The notes under the pieces: model-generated
Seen by the model: only the letters and a program-made list of their open reading frames with translations
Told to the model about the DNA's origin: nothing
Databases searched by the model: none
In this document: positions 62,768-64,000 of the stretch, in pieces
Numbering within the stretch: position 1 is the stretch's first letter
Layout: every line of letters begins with the position of its first letter
Made by a program: the position numbers and the translations under genes
NCBI GenBank assembly: GCA_023957015.1
Contig: JAMLHR010000010.1
Span: forward strand, 8,693 to 72,692
Origin: Thermomicrobiales bacterium
GTDB lineage: Bacteria > Chloroflexota > Chloroflexia > Thermomicrobiales > UBA6265
Direction of reading: 5' to 3'
Length of the DNA stretch: 64,000 nucleotides

Positions 62768-64000
62768 ATGCCCATGACCAACACAGCCGACAATTCTACG
62801 CCTCTATTTCCCACCGCTCGTCACCTTGAAGTCGGTCCAATTCTTTCCTCGATCAATGGTCCTGCCGATGTCAAACACCTGACACGCAAGCAAATGAATC
62901 AGTTGGCCGAGGAGATTCGGGCGGCGCTGATTGAGTATGTACCCATGACGGGTGGACACCTCGGTGCCAGCCTCGGACCCGTTGAACTCGCCATCGCCCT
63001 GCATTATGTCTTCGATTCGCCGAAGGATAAGCTCGTTTGGGATGTCGGTCACCAGGCCTACGCTCACAAACTGCTGACCGGTCGAGTCGACGGCTTTAGC
63101 GTCCTTCGCCAGGAAGGCGGCATGAGCGGTTTTCTTAGCCGCGACGAGAGCGAGCACGACGCCTTCGGTGCCGGTCACGCCAGCACCAGCATCTCAGCGG
63201 CACTCGGTATGTGTGTCGGCGAACAGATGAAACCGGTCAGCGAGCGTGGTCACGCCATCGCGATCATCGGTGATGGTGCCCTCACGGGCGGTATGGCCTA
63301 CGAGGCGCTCAACAACGCCGGTATGCTGGACTTGCCGCTGATTGTTGTGCTGAACGACAACGAGATGAGCATCGCCCCAAATGTCGGTGCGGTGAGCAAG
63401 CATCTCAATCGATTGCGAACCGATCCAAACTACAATCGCGCCAAGGATGACCTCGCCGATTTCGTGGAGAAGCTGCCGCAGGGCAAGAACCTGGTTGAGT
63501 TCGGCAAACGCATCAAGGATTCGATGAAGGAGTTGATTTATCACGCCTCCTTCTTTGAAGAGATGGGACTTACCTATACCGGACCAATCGATGGTCACAA
63601 TATCGGTGCCCTGATTGAGGCACTGGAGGATGCAAAGGATCTCGGCAATCCGATCGTGGTCCACATTCACACCCAAAAGGGTAAGGGATACGATCCCGCC
63701 GCGAATGATCATGAGAAGAGCCACGCGGTCAGCGCGCCGTCCAAGCCCGGCTCGCCCACGCCACCGAAGTACCAGGATGTCTTCGCCGAAGCCGTCATCG
63801 AGCTGGCCAAGGACGATCCTCGCATCTGCACGATCACAGCAGCCATGCCAGGCGGGACATCACTCGGAAAGTTTCAGGAACAGTATCCGGATCGTTTCTT
63901 CGATGTCGGTATCGCGGAGGCGCACGCCGTCACCTTCGCCGCCGGACTCGCGACCGAAGGATTGCGACCGGTGGTGGGTATCTACAGCACCTTCCTCCAG
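62768..64000 (+). CDS. dxs: 1-deoxy-D-xylulose-5-phosphate synthase, N-terminal two thirds (runs off the right edge)
   Basis: Absent from the ORF track (no in-window stop). Translation reads INGPADVKHLTRKQMNQLAEEIR...GGHLGASLGPVELAIALHYVF...WDVGHQAYAHKLLTGR...GHASTSISAALGM...GDGALTGGMAYEALNNAG. The start is ATG 62768 or 62774. Confidence 0.95.
   Translation, partial: MPMTNTADNSTPLFPTARHLEVGPILSSINGPADVKHLTRKQMNQLAEEIRAALIEYVPMTGGHLGASLGPVELAIALHYVFDSPKDKLVWDVGHQAYAHKLLTGRVDGFSVLRQEGGMSGFLSRDESEHDAFGAGHASTSISAALGMCVGEQMKPVSERGHAIAIIGDGALTGGMAYEALNNAGMLDLPLIVVLNDNEMSIAPNVGAVSKHLNRLRTDPNYNRAKDDLADFVEKLPQGKNLVEFGKRIKDSMKELIYHASFFEEMGLTYTGPIDGHNIGALIEALEDAKDLGNPIVVHIHTQKGKGYDPAANDHEKSHAVSAPSKPGSPTPPKYQDVFAEAVIELAKDDPRICTITAAMPGGTSLGKFQEQYPDRFFDVGIAEAHAVTFAAGLATEGLRPVVGIYSTFLQ

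Overview
64-kb chromosomal segment from a GC-rich bacterium. The gene content suggests a Chloroflexota/Thermomicrobia-like organism; this is inference only, since no search was run. Supporting content: an F420 biosynthesis operon (cofD-cofC-cofE) with an Fgd-like LLM oxidoreductase, a system II cytochrome c maturation cluster (ccdA-resB-ccsA-resA), and several families of short GC-hairpin repeats. I support about 60 protein genes, mostly housekeeping: mutS, mutY, uvrC, recO, fhs, aroC, aroE, trmD, miaA, mltG, rnj, sucCD, dxs, tsaC, pncA and a beta carbonic anhydrase. The genes at both window edges are truncated and absent from the ORF track: an MMPL transporter at 1-1268 (minus) and dxs at 62768-64000 (plus). 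There is one tRNA-like gene. I saw no rRNA, CRISPR array, transposase or integrase. Many long ORFs in the track are antisense shadows of real genes, as expected in GC-rich DNA. Three stretches look more AT-rich by eye (not computed) and appear accessory. (1) 18153-20139 holds a single gene with an unrecognised Trp-rich tandem N-terminal domain fused to a PNP/MTA-SAH-nucleosidase-like domain; this is my best candidate for an undescribed stand-alone sensor-effector (defence-like) gene. (2) 14590-15652 holds a ParB/Srx-fold (DGYHR) protein bracketed by two direct copies of a ~90-100 nt structured repeat. (3) 47509-48457 is a decayed toxin-antitoxin islet abutting the 3' end of an aberrant tRNA-Lys-like gene. 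Other points: a 70-nt hairpin family with compensatory substitutions; two MITE-like or tandem GC repeat families; two domain fusions (LLM+FAD/BBE oxidase, HAD+TrmD); and frameshifts in aroE and a DUF917 gene that may be sequencing errors. All family assignments come from reading motifs by eye.
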